The translations under genes and the position numbers were made by a program. DNA of 59,190 nucleotides, counting the filler, from Sluysia triapertura (taxonomy: Eukaryota), in the NCBI GenBank assembly GCA_046118255.1. It is 4 parts of 4 records of this genome, joined end to end, with 100 filler letters (N's around TTAATTAATTAA, not from the genome) between each part and the next. Parts side by side here need not be neighbours in the genome. Positions count along the whole stretch, not along the records: positions 1 to 16,402 come from JBJNIA010204595.1; 3 more parts are not named here. One strand, given 5' to 3'. Under the pieces are notes generated by a model. The model had not been told where the DNA came from, searched no databases, and saw only the letters and a list, made by a program, of their open reading frames with translations. How positions within the stretch are numbered: position 1 is the first letter of the stretch; every line of letters begins with the position of its first letter. Positions 1 through 11,719 of this stretch are shown in pieces.

Positions 1-269
1 AAAATCGTCTGATAAAATCGTTTGGGCCCCTACAATTATATTGGAAATAAAATAAAAATGAAATTATTATCCATTGAGAAATATAATATTGATTTTGGAT
101 TTTCAAAGCAAGAATACAAATCAGATACTTGTTATTTTATAACCGTTATTCCTTTTAAATTCAGTAATAATAAAAAAACGCTTGGTATTTCAATAGAATT
201 TGAAATTGAATCAATATATGTGAGTCAATATAAACATCATTTAAATATAAACTACTTTTAATTAAATCT

Positions 270-645
270 GAAATAATATGTTTGCAGTAGAAAACAGTAA
301 AGTGGTTTTATAAGTTAAAGATGGTCAAAATGCAATTATTGTACGTGAAAATTTATCAGAATGTTTAGGATTTAATATTAATAGATTTGATAAAGAAATA
401 CAGCAAATAACTCTCTTTTACTGAATAAAGCTGTAAATCACACATACATTTGCTTCGTTGGAAGCAAATACTAAAGAACATGAAAATCATAATACAGCTA
501 CTGCAACTATAAAAATCCGATTTATTTACCAATATCATCATCACCTATAAACAATGTAGAAGTCAATATTCGTGATGATTTCGGACAACGAATTTATTTT
601 TCGTACGGAACTAAAACAATTTGTCTATTCATTTACGAAAAATGC
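270..645 (+). pseudogene. Degenerate Maverick/Polinton (adintovirus-type) minor capsid (penton) gene, 3' part
   Basis: 514-627 reads NPIYLPISSSPINNVEVNIRDDFGQRIYFSYGTKTICL, then HLRK after a frameshift. This fits the penton C-terminal pattern P-x-Y-x-P...IEIxIxDxxGxxIxFxxG...LHFR. Upstream ENLSECLGF fits LAxxLGF. Frameshifts and stops present. Confidence 0.75.
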
Positions 646-654
646 AATTATTCA

Positions 655-880
655 TGAAATTATTGAAGCTTATAGACAACCACAAATAGGTAGTGAATTA
701 TCATATTTTATTTGGGAAATAATGGTATTAGGTGGTTAAGGACACTTGGAAGACTAGTTTTTCCTTTAATTAAGAGAGTTGGATGATTTTTAAGTACATC
801 TACAGAAGATGTATTAGTTAACGAAAGACTAGGAGTTGAATCTGGGAAAAAATATTATAAACGGAGTAAAAGAGACTAAA
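655..880 (+). pseudogene. Degenerate small Maverick/adintovirus virion protein gene between penton and major capsid
   Basis: EAYRQPQIGSELSYFI, then after a frameshift GNNGIRWLRTLGRLVFPLIKRVG*. Resembles the Q-x-G...G-x-G...LRxLxRxxxPLxK amphipathic motif of the small core proteins of these elements; position fits. Confidence 0.6.
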
Positions 881-972
881 AATTATTTACCGAAATAATT
901 AAAAATTTACTGGAAGCGGTTAACCTCCTCTAATCAACCAAAAAGGCGAAAAAGAAGTGAATAGAGAATTAT

Positions 973-1640
973 ACAAAAACTGAATTATGTATTTTTGATT
1001 GTCAACTTATACAAAATGCAGCCTTTGAACATATTTATCCTATATATACAATAAATACATAGAGATATAAAATTTAAAATACAAGCATCAGAAACTGATT
1101 ACATTATTATTCATTGAGTTGAAAGTTGCAAAGTCAGATGGTACAGGTGTTCGAGTAACTAGTTACATGTTTCATAGTGTGATTTTATCAGTTAATAATA
1201 CTCAAGCTGAAGATAGAAATTGTAGTTAAGCACATTTTAGAATATTAGAAAATATTCTAAATTATAGTCATGATACTGAAGCTATAACATTAAGTGTTGA
1301 TGGATAAGATTCGAATAAATGTGTTGTTCATTATTATTGGACTTTTTCAATCAACCAAAATATTTGATTCCCGGTATAAATGTTCACTTGAAATTGTGCA
1401 ACAATAAATCAAGTTTTGACTTGCATCTGATTCTGGCACTGGTAGTTATAATGTTGTTTTGACAGTTGCAAAAGCATGTGTAAGATCAGTTAAAGTTGAG
1501 CTGCCAGTCTCAGTCTTAGACATTAATTAGGTCTACAAAAATCAAATGCAATTTATCTGATTCATTAATGAAAAATGTATATATCAAAAAGATAACTTGG
1601 TTTTACTGATTCACGAAATTTGTTTTGGTTACTTTTCAAA
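973..1640 (+). pseudogene. Degenerate Maverick/Polinton major capsid protein (hexon/PY), N-terminal half
   Basis: Fragments in order: TKTELCIFD..IQ..FEHIYPI, IKFKIQASETDYI, LKVAKSDGT, LENILNYSHD, DFFNQPKYLIPGINVHLKLCNNKSSF, AKACVRSVKV. These match the conserved MCP blocks KSELDLF / EYxP / IEFxIxxSxxDYID / IETLLNY / DxFxQxKYLxxGVxxxIKL / VRKVK. Many frameshifts and deletions. Confidence 0.8.
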
Positions 1641-1725
1641 TTACAGATACAATTAATGGATCAAGTTTGAATATAGTTTTATTATTAGTATATTTCAGTA
1701 TATATTAGTGTTAATTTGTCGGCTA

Positions 1726-2105
1726 TTTAGTGGCCAACACTCACAACTCAAAATTTATCAAAACACCACATCCAATATTCACAAGTCAAACTTCACCAAA
1801 ATACAATTTTCAAAACAATCACACTTTTTACTATCGAACTACACCAACACAACTACCATAAACAACACTCGATATCTATAACATATCATCAACTCACACA
1901 CATCAACAATTCGACTAACACTTTTAATCATTCACAGCATAACAAACTTCGACATTTAATTCACAACATTCACTTATAAGATATTCTAACAAACAAGCCA
2001 CAATCACAGCATATCATACACAATTCATGAACATAATAACACCATTTAATAACGGTAACAAGTACCTCAGAAACATAAATCATTTACATTAAAATCCTTA
2101 ATCAA
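1726..2105 (+). repeat. Dispersed LTR-like repeat, family B
   Basis: Colinear with 58807-59190 (e.g. TTTTCAAAA(C/T)AATCACACTTTTTACTAT(C/T)GAACTACACCAAC in both). Starts TTTAGTGGCCAACAC versus TGTAGTGACCAACAC. Confidence 0.85.
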
Positions 2106-4999
2106 CTACATCAAGGTAAATCCACTTCATTTATACATATGTAGCATCAACATCTATTCTTAATAACAATATAATTACGTTAAGATTTATTTTGTAATCG
2201 TCATTCAAAACTAAATTAACTTTGACCTTTCATTAAGCATCTCAAACTATCTTATTCAAGGATCAAATCTTATTTTTAATTACAAAATCTCAATAAATTT
2301 CAATAAGCTTTTCTAACACTCTTCGTTTCAATTACTACTCAACTCATTTCCATTTCATGTAAAAATAAACAATCTAGCTTCAAAAACAATTCATTATCTT
2401 AATATGAAACAACAACGATAACCGAAACGTAACGTGCCTCGTTACCGTTGTTCTTTCACATTGTCTCAATTGTTTTCGTTTTCTTTTTACTTTCCTTCAA
2501 TTTTATTCATCTTTTCATATGTAGAAATAAAAGAAATAGGAAGACTAAGTTCGCGTATAAGTTCAAAGAAGTTTGTGTAGTTAATTTCAATTATTAATAA
2601 TAATAATGATATTCGTTTTATCTCTTAATCGAACAATTATAAAAAACTTAGAAGATTGGGTCCGCCTACGTTAAACGCTTTATCTTAACTGGAAGGACGT
2701 CTACGTAGGATTTAAGATGCTTAAAGTGAAAGTTAAGAATCAGTCTAACAAGAATGATTAACTCCTTCGATAATCTATTATTAACCTCCTTTAATATATA
2801 TTTTTTCTGTTTAATCTTTGTATTACTTTTATTATAATTATGTAATTCAATTAAATGTAATTATATGTAACTCAAAATATTAAAAAATTCCTCGAACGTA
2901 CTTCGTTAAAATTAATTTATTCAAACTATCTCTAACAAATAACTCAAAATTTAAATTCAAAGATGAAAGAATATTAAATTATTTATTACCAAAAATACTC
3001 CAAATAAAAATACAAAATATAATATAAACAATAAATAATTTATAAATAGATTTATAATTTTACGTATATATTGACCCAGAGGGTATCTTTGGGTTGTCTT
3101 AAAAATTTAATTCTGATTTTACGTGGATTTTAAGACCTCTTTTATTAGGGTCGAACAACCTACAGTAAATAAGCTTACTTAAATATTCAAAGAAAAATCG
3201 ATAATTAATTTTCCAGCAATTGAACAATCTAATTTGACTCCACGAATTCGATGATCAAATATTTTTCTCCAAAATTATTTTTCAATTTACCAATTATTCT
3301 CCGATAATTCAACTAGGTATCCGTAATTAACGCTTCTTTCAAAAATTAAATTGATTTGATTTTATTCTTCCAATTCCGCGACTACTTTCATAACATATAC
3401 TAATATTCTCCAAATTAATCTTTTCTTTTGAATCTGTCAGTTAATTTTTTGAATTCCACTAAATATTCTTGTAACGTATTTTCAATCCTGCATCTAATCT
3501 AAAAATCTTCGGCTTAATGATTTTTTACTTTTTATAGCTTACCTTTTATACTATAGCTTATTTCCTTTATTAATTTTTCAAAATAATGTAAATATTAATA
3601 AATTTTAAAGTAATATAAATAAATATTGACAAATTGTAAATAAATATTGACTTAAAATATTGGCTTCCTTTGTAAACTTCCTTGATTTAATTTCCTTTAT
3701 TTATTAATTATTATTATTAAAATAGATAATTTTAGATTTTATAGTTAAACTAAAAAAATTAACTTTTATTATTTAATATTTTTTACTTTTATTATTTACA
3801 AACTTTTTACATGAATATATTTTTAGATTTTATTATTTACAAATTTATTATTTACAAAAGATTTTATTATTTACAGAAACATATACTTTTAATTTCATTC
3901 AATTGATAATTTAATTCTGATTGAGGTTCACGAGAATTTAATGACTATAATGAAACAAAAAATACAGACCATCAAAAATGCAGCATCACAAAAAATTCTA
4001 TATAATATAATAATAATCCTATTTTGGCGAGGGCATATATCTATTTCATATATAGAAAGCTTTAAAATTTGCAAATTTTAATAAAATTATATTTTTAATT
4101 TTAGATTTCGAAACAATGAAATGAACAAGTGTTAAAAACTTTAGGTATAATGTCTTTTAAAATATTTCAAAACTTTAAAACAAACAAATGATACAGATAA
4201 TTTACGAAACTTTTATTCAAAAAACGCGAAAACTGTATAAAATATAAATATTACGTGTAAAAATTTTGCAATTGGACTCAAATTGTCGTTTTCAGAGTTT
4301 GTTGTATTACTTCTACCATACCGAAGTCTCACTTTAAACTATTTTTCAACAAAATAAGTATTATTTCTGAATAAATATTTCAAATATGGCACATAAAAAC
4401 AGATCATCATTTTTATGGTATACCAATATTCCAATTAAAACCGAAATAGCAAGGAAAGTTGTAGCATTAATTATCGTTGTAAAATCAAGTTTCATTTTAT
4501 AGCAAATAATTTTATTAATTTTTGTGGTCTCCATATACATATTAATTTATTATTATTTTATTATATATATTTTATAATTTCAGTTGGATAACAGTCTAGC
4601 GTATTCAATTGTAAGACTTGAAATTTCACATAGAAATCGAAAAATTAGCAGTTGCTCGATGATTTTTCCTTTTACTTTTTTCTTTAATGTATTTAAGGAA
4701 AAGTCAAACAAAAATAAAAATAACAAAAGGCATAACAAAAGGTATACAAAATATAATAGCATACAAACAAAACAAAACAAGGAAGCATATACAACTCAAA
4801 AAGCAGAACGAATAAAATAAGTAATTCTAATTATTTTATCTACTTACGTTTGTAAACAATATATTTCTTATTAAAAATTTATTTTACAATTGATGAGAAT
4901 AGATTATATCATCTATTACTAATAAAAAAACTACAAGTCTGCTGGATATTTAAACAGAAAAAATCAGAATTCAAAATTTAATTACATAATGAATTTTGA

Positions 5000-5780
5000 A
5001 TGTTAATAAATTTTTATGATCATTTTTCAGTAACTGGATTGATTGAAGTAATTTTTGACAAAGAGGTTCATCTTGAATACCAGTTTTAAGTATCTTCACA
5101 TGTGGCTGTAAAAAGGGTGTCTGTGTTACTACAATGCGGAACGAATTGGCTTTTGAAAAACATTTCTTATATCTTGTTTGTCTAACACTTCCTCAGTTTC
5201 TCGTTCTTACTTTCTACTTTCATTGATGTACATAGCTTCACAGATCTCTCTGTAAACATTTTTTGTTCTTGCTCTTCATGATGCTTCTTTTGGTCGTGCA
5301 TTTCTTGGACATAATTTCCTCCAACAATTATACTGTTTGACTGGGATGGCTATGAAGTACATTGTGTAGCACCACTTAAAACTGAATCGATTGGTAGAAA
5401 ATATTCTTGATGTGCACCTCATTGGTTGAATTAGAAGTAACAATAGTATCTTGATTATAAGGGAACCTCAGATTCATCATGATTAAGGGCAAAACTTGCT
5501 AATGAAAAGGATGCAGAAGAATGTATTTGGGTCAGATGTTCCTGGGAGATATTTTGATCCTCTTCTTTTTCGTGATGGTATTTAGTATGTGAAACTCTCA
5601 TTGGATACAAAACTTTTCAAATTGTTTGCATCTGTTAACGTTGAAGAATCATCAATTGGTAATCGGCGAAACATCCATTCCATATCGTGTGGAATTTTGA
5701 CTGATGCTATGATCTAAACATTGTGTGATTAAAAGGTAATAAAACATATTGGAAGCACTTGATCAAGCACTTTATCGACT
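5000..5780 (-). pseudogene. Degenerate coding-like sequence of unknown family, downstream of a family A repeat
   Basis: Locally GC-richer. The minus strand gives broken runs such as IIASVKIPHDMEWMFRRLPIDDSSTL and HQEYFLPIDSVLSGATQC*PSQSNSIIVGGNYVQE. No family recognised. Confidence 0.3.
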
Positions 5781-5879
5781 GTGTAGATTGATTACGATTT
5801 TGTGATTTTTTAGCTTTTAGAAGATTCAATTAAAGCATTTATCGAATTTTTTACATAAATAGTAATAAATACATTGTAA

Positions 5880-6300
5880 TAAAACATAATAATAGTGATA
5901 AAATCTAGAAGGAAAAGTGAATAAGAATAAACATACATACAAATGTACATACATATATACCTATACATGTGCATAAAAACGAGAGAGTGAAAAGGTAAAG
6001 TAATTTTGAAAATAAAAAAATTATAATGGTAACAATTATGAGATTAAAATTATAAAATTATTATACAGTTTAATGTGATAATGTTAATAGAATTAAAATA
6101 ATATAAAATTATTATGAGAATTATTATCGTGATAGTAATTATGATAACAATAAACATAACAAATGATAATTATACACAATGACTACGTTTATGTTTTGAA
6201 TGAATCGAGTAATTTATTTAACATTATGTTTATGTAAGAAATGTTCATTTGTGATGAAATGTGTTTGTGATTTTGATGTGAAAATGTGGAGTTCACTACA
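5880..6300 (-). repeat. Dispersed LTR-like repeat, family A
   Basis: Minus strand starts TGTAGTGAACTCCACATTTTCACATCAAAATCACAAACAC. Homologous to 41820-41935 (same orientation) and ~43650-43980 (inverted). Confidence 0.8.
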
Positions 6301-6679
6301 CCTGTAATAATAATCCTAACGTAATATAATTTTATTTTGCATATGTTTTATAGATTTCATCAGAGAAAACACTCGCAATATACTAAGGTTGTAATACATT
6401 ATCTTTACACGACCATTACTCGAATTTTTAGTTGGACTAGGTTATGTAGTATTAAATTTAAATGAAAACAATTTGGTACGATTATGTTTTGAAACATTAA
6501 TTTTAAATAAAAACAATTTAGTAATGTTATGGATCTTTTACTTTTGAAATCAAAATTGATATAATTTATATAATTAAACCTAAGTTCGTTGCGAAAATTA
6601 TGTTTTAAAATTTTATTTAGGTTTATTATGAACAAATTAAGGAAATCAATTAAGAAGGCATTAACACCTATAATCATTT

Positions 6680-8000
6680 TTATATTTTTATTATAATACA
6701 AAGTTTAAATTTCGTTGTTATATCCTTACGAATGTCATTCGACTTCGCCCAATGTTCCTCATCTGAAATAAAATGAAGGTATAAATTATAGATAAAGTGA
6801 ATGAAAGAAATAATTACGTTATTAGGATACTGCAACACTTGTAAATTAAACGCCATTATATTTTGATCTTTAAACCATGAATAGTCTGTGCAATTAAATT
6901 TATTAAAATTTACTTTGATATTATTTTGGGATGAATAAATTTCTAGTAGAGAAAAAACATCTACTGTAATACGCTTGGGTAATTTTCGCGTAAGTTCTGT
7001 ACAAATATTATACAATTCATGAGTTGTGATATCATCTTCGCCTCTACTAATACTCTACGAATACTCATGCAAATGTTTGTATAATCATCACTAATAACAT
7101 CACTATAATCCACAATTTTATTCAATTTATCTTTTTTGACATTTTATTTATTTGTTTATTTTATAATTTAAAACATTTGGCAAATCTAATTACCCGAGAA
7201 CATCTCTAAAAATTCGATCATTTAATGTAAATATAAAATTAAAAATCCTGTTATCATTGATAAAATGGATGAGATAACTCATCACATGATGAACAGAGTC
7301 ACTACGAACATTTATTTCTTTTTTCGTATTTAACACAAAATAAGGTAAGTGATCACAAAACGTTATTGTCGGTTCATTATGAAAAGACGTAAAATAACTG
7401 AATGAAAATGTAACATGTAGTAGAACATTATCTTGTGATACAAATGTTAAATTATCTTTAATATGAACAGTCATCAAAATGTTAAATGAAATGACGATAT
7501 TCTCTTTATTACAACTGTAGTGCTTCAGAAAATCAATTGAGATAATCATAAATTTATCAACATTATTCGTTTGACTTAATGTAGTATTACTCTTTTTCTC
7601 TTTAAACATATTCTCTATAAGTAATTGAGAATCGAAAAATATAAGATATTTCATTAAAACGCTCACTATTAGCGACTGAACTAGTTCTTTAAAAAATAAT
7701 AAACGCTTACTATATGTATACATTGGATCCAATGATTGAAAACTATTAATTTGTAACAAACTTTTCATCCATTCTAAAACTGGAACTATTCGTCCTGAAA
7801 TGCGTAAAAGGATTGAATAACATCGGTCTTCAGACTCAAAATTGACACATGTGAATTTTGCATATGAATTACTAATTACTAAAATAATTTACCACTATTC
7901 TCAGTTGATACTAAAGATGACTTTATTACGATATCAGATATTTGATAAATAGAATCATGTGTTCCATACAACTTTTTAATTTCATTTACTAGTTGACGAA
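6680..8000 (-). CDS. Orphan gene or pseudogene (192-aa and 111-aa ORFs, possibly spliced)
   Basis: The 7190-7768 frame stays open upstream to ~7885 and ends at a donor-like CTCGG|GTAATT. A phase-compatible TAG acceptor near 7050 joins it to the 6680-7015 frame. No recognisable domain. Confidence 0.35.
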
Positions 8001-8249
8001 CTCAATTCGATTTCAAAATTAAGCTTAGGATTGTACTGTAACTCTTTATTCATTTAGTTTGACTTGGATTGATTCTCTTTTTAATATTCTTGTAGTTTAA
8101 AATTTTTATAATTTTCGTAACAATTAATTATGAAACATTTTTTGATTAGAAATTTGATGATAGATCATTTCTCTTGCTGAATGGCTACCCAACCAAATGA
8201 TCCAAATACACTTTCATATAAGCGCATTTGGTTGGATAACCAATGCAAT

Positions 8250-9151
8250 CAAAGATTAAATTTTACAAATTAACTGAATGTTGAAGTAATTAACTGTGAT
8301 GACTACCATCATCACCAATGACAGAAAAATTGTTAATGTAAAACAAACATGTCATTGTGATGATGGCAGTAACACAGCCGATTTTTTTCGTTTGAATTTT
8401 AATTCATCGATGATATTGATGAATTGTTAATAATAATAATAACACTATTATTATTATTATTTTTGAAAATTTAAAAGTGCATAAATTCTTGCTAAACTTA
8501 AACGATCTTTCTTTCTTTTTCTTCAATACTTCTTAATATATTTTAAATTAAAATAAAATAAAAGTGATAGAATTGAGTGTAATAACAATAATAATAAAAG
8601 AAATGATGTTATAGTTATTATTGTTATTAAACGGCATAAACTGTTGAATTCTTTAAAAACTGGACACAATCTTGCTTTTTTAAATGCTTTAAATTTCTAA
8701 ACATATTTGAACTAAAAATCTTTAAGTAGAGGTTGGTTTAAGTAAATGTGAAAGAGATAAATTATGGTACAACTCTTAGTACACTGTTGATAGTGTGATT
8801 GTTCTCTTTCTATTTTAAGTTGTATTGTCTTTTGTGCTATTAGGGATTATGTGATAAGAACTGATGAATTTAAAATGTTGTAATTGATTCGAAGGTTTGC
8901 GGTGGCTGATTTCGAATGTGATTATAATTTGATTGTTATGAATGTCGAGTAAAATACTTTTGATGGATCTGTTGATGTAAATTGAAGGTATTGGATGTAA
9001 ATGTGTTTTGTATGTTATGAGATTGTGGTATGACTTAATTTTGGCAGATGAACTGTTTTAGTGAGTGTAGAGAAGATAGATATGTGTGGATATTAAAGTG
9101 TTGAAGAAATACTTTTGTAAAATTTAATAATAGTGAAGGTTGACCACCACA
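8250..9151 (-). repeat. Family B-like LTR-like repeat
   Basis: Minus strand begins TGTGGTGGTCAACC (9138-9151), followed by the same A/C-rich tract and later AAT runs. Left boundary approximate. Confidence 0.55.
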
Positions 9152-9704
9152 TAACTAAATATTTTTTGATAAATAAATAAATTCTTTTATTTTTTACCGT
9201 ACTGTTTTTCTGATAATAAATAAATCTTTTTATGATTTCTGTAAATCTAGATAAAATTAATTAATTAATAAACTTTTTATTGTAATTAACTTTTTTCTTA
9301 ATATAAAGTTAAGAGAAATATTTTAAAAATTAATATTTACATTTTTTAAAATTCATTCAATTAAAATGATATTAAAAATTATATTCAAAAATTAAAAGAA
9401 ATGACAAAATAAATTAAAATATTTACATATTAAAAAATTATATTACAAATTGTATCTTTACCTTTCAAAATTGTATATTTACAAGTGTATAATATTGAGT
9501 TTTATTAGTATTTTTAATGATGAAGTATTACGAAGCACGTAAACGTAGTTAACATAAAAATTAGTTATTTTAATTAATTTTTATAATTTAAAGTTAAAGT
9601 TAAATGTGTTCCGATGTCTAAGTTTTAATAAAGTAAGTATCAAATTGATGCTTGTAAAGGTATGTTAATTAAGTTAATTAACAAATGTACTTTAATATTT
9701 TAAC

Positions 9705-9892
9705 AAATAAAACCTTGTAAAGTGTTACTTATTCATATTTGGCATTATTTTGTTTTAATTTAAGCATTTTGTATACTTATCTTACCATTACAGTTCATCA
9801 TAATACCTCGCCCTAATTCTTTAATAATGTTGAACTTATTCTGTTATCCTGAGTCCTTACCCTTACATCTACCTTTATCTTTCACTAATCCC
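9705..9892 (-). repeat. LTR-like repeat, family D
   Basis: Direct repeat of 32935-33126, sharing TACTTATCTTACCAT(T/G)ACAGTTCATCATAATACCT and TTGAACTTATTCTGTTATCCTGAGTC. Confidence 0.85.
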
Positions 9893-10522
9893 AAAAATTG
9901 ACAATAATTACTATAGAATCACTTTAATCTTTCGCATTTTTCCACTTTGTTATGTACAACTTTAAAACTTTTTATTTTATCTAATTACTAATTGAGCGTT
10001 AATACTATAAGTCAAACAAGTCCTCAATTGATAAATCAAAATACAAAAAATTTAATAGCAAATTTATCAAAATTTCAAGATATAAACTTTAACAGATCGA
10101 AAAGAACAATAATAATTTATAGTTAAAACATTGTTAGGGCTTTAATTTTTTTGATAAAGCTTTTAAAAAATGAGTTTAATCATCAGTAAATCTGGCGTGA
10201 AAATTCAGTTAATAAATTGATTCTACCTGTATTTTAAAATTTTAACTCCTACAATTAATAAACAACTTATCGATAACATGGAAAATAAAAATTGAAGTTG
10301 GATTGAATTAATCTACTTATCCGAACAATTGATTGTGAAATATTATTTCTTCATAAATATTGTTGCCTCTAACGAAAAAATGATGAATTTTTGGACAAAG
10401 ATTGAACGCTCGCATCACTATATAATTTTTGTATGACTGACTTGATTAAATTGTATAATTTTTATGTTACTAAATTGTGATTTTAACAAAACTGATACCA
10501 GTAAATATAAGTCATCAGCCAA

Positions 10523-11719
10523 TCAATATGGTGGATTACGCTTAGAGGGCGTATAATTGGAAAGTTTGATCAAGTTGACGTTACGCATGATTTTATATGA
10601 CTCTGAGATTTGACTTATTATATCATAACTTGTTTCTATCTTAAATTTATTATATTTACTTATACCTAGTATTATATTATATCTCACCAAATTTTCTTTA
10701 TACATCCTACATCTTTCGTTTATCAATTTAGTCAATTTTAGTTTCTTGTCTATGTTAACTTTTCGTTTCATCTTTCCAGTAAGTGAAATACTTACTGTCC
10801 TATTATTTAAAAAATACAATGGTGATTTAAAAAGACAAGGATGAAACTGTATTACATAAAAAAAATTTAAAATTCTACGATTTGAAATAATAAAGATAAA
10901 ATTGTTAGTTTTAAATTTTATTTTTAGATATTTGGACTTTCTCCTCCACCAAAATTCTTGTACTTCTCGATTCCAGTTAGAATAATTGGAAACTAAATAA
11001 CAAATTAAATTATACGTAAAACTTGTACTTACAACATCAAAATTTAACTCGAGCTGCGATCGTTCCGTCTGTAATGGATGTGAAGCATGTCTTAAACGTA
11101 CATCATTGTTTCCACGATTTGTTGCCATTGATCTATCAACTAATCTTTCACTAAAAGGATTTATCATTTCTTCTTGATGGATGTATTGCGAAGGACAACT
11201 GATGGATGAATTGCACTTAATTCTAAATTTTATAATCGGATTCATCGAAATAATATTAATGAATTCACAATCTCTCGAGTAAATTACATAGGAAAGGTGA
11301 CTTTTTATATTACGACATAAATCGTATTTTGATTGTTTAATAATCTTTAATGTACTGTAGAAGTCGATCTGGTAATCATCTTCATGGTATTCTTTAGATT
11401 TAGCATACGCATCCTTATCAGTTTTATGAGAATAATGGACATCATCGTTGCATTTTTGATTATATTCTATTATGACAACAACTGAAGGATAATCGAGGTT
11501 AATATTCCTTAGATCCGGTAAGGTACTAAACTCATTGCTTGAAATTACGTTTAATTGCTTTGTAATGGAAGGATTGGTGACGATAATTTGATAATGATTT
11601 CTAGAACACAGCGATACGTAATTCAAATTAGATCTAATTGCTGAATTAGTAGTAATAACAGCTCCAAAAATAAATCTGAAAATTTGTATCAAAGCTTGAC
11701 AAACATAACTCGTAATCAA
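10523..11719 (-). CDS. 398-aa orphan ORF, probably the remnant of a longer gene
   Basis: 1.2 kb stop-free frame in very AT-rich DNA, with a TTG start only. Broken coding-like sequence continues upstream to ~12690. The stop codon falls in a family C repeat motif. Confidence 0.45.
   Translation of the reverse strand: MITSYVCQALIQIFRFIFGAVITTNSAIRSNLNYVSLCSRNHYQIIVTNPSITKQLNVISSNEFSTLPDLRNINLDYPSVVVIIEYNQKCNDDVHYSHKTDKDAYAKSKEYHEDDYQIDFYSTLKIIKQSKYDLCRNIKSHLSYVIYSRDCEFINIISMNPIIKFRIKCNSSISCPSQYIHQEEMINPFSERLVDRSMATNRGNNDVRLRHASHPLQTERSQLELNFDVVSTSFTYNLICYLVSNYSNWNREVQEFWWRRKSKYLKIKFKTNNFIFIISNRRILNFFYVIQFHPCLFKSPLYFLNNRTVSISLTGKMKRKVNIDKKLKLTKLINERCRMYKENLVRYNIILGISKYNKFKIETSYDIISQISESYKIMRNVNLIKLSNYTPSKRNPPY

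Noticed and set aside
22-261. 79-aa ORF as a gene
   Set aside because: TTG start and no motif; it may adjoin the capsid module but cannot be assigned.
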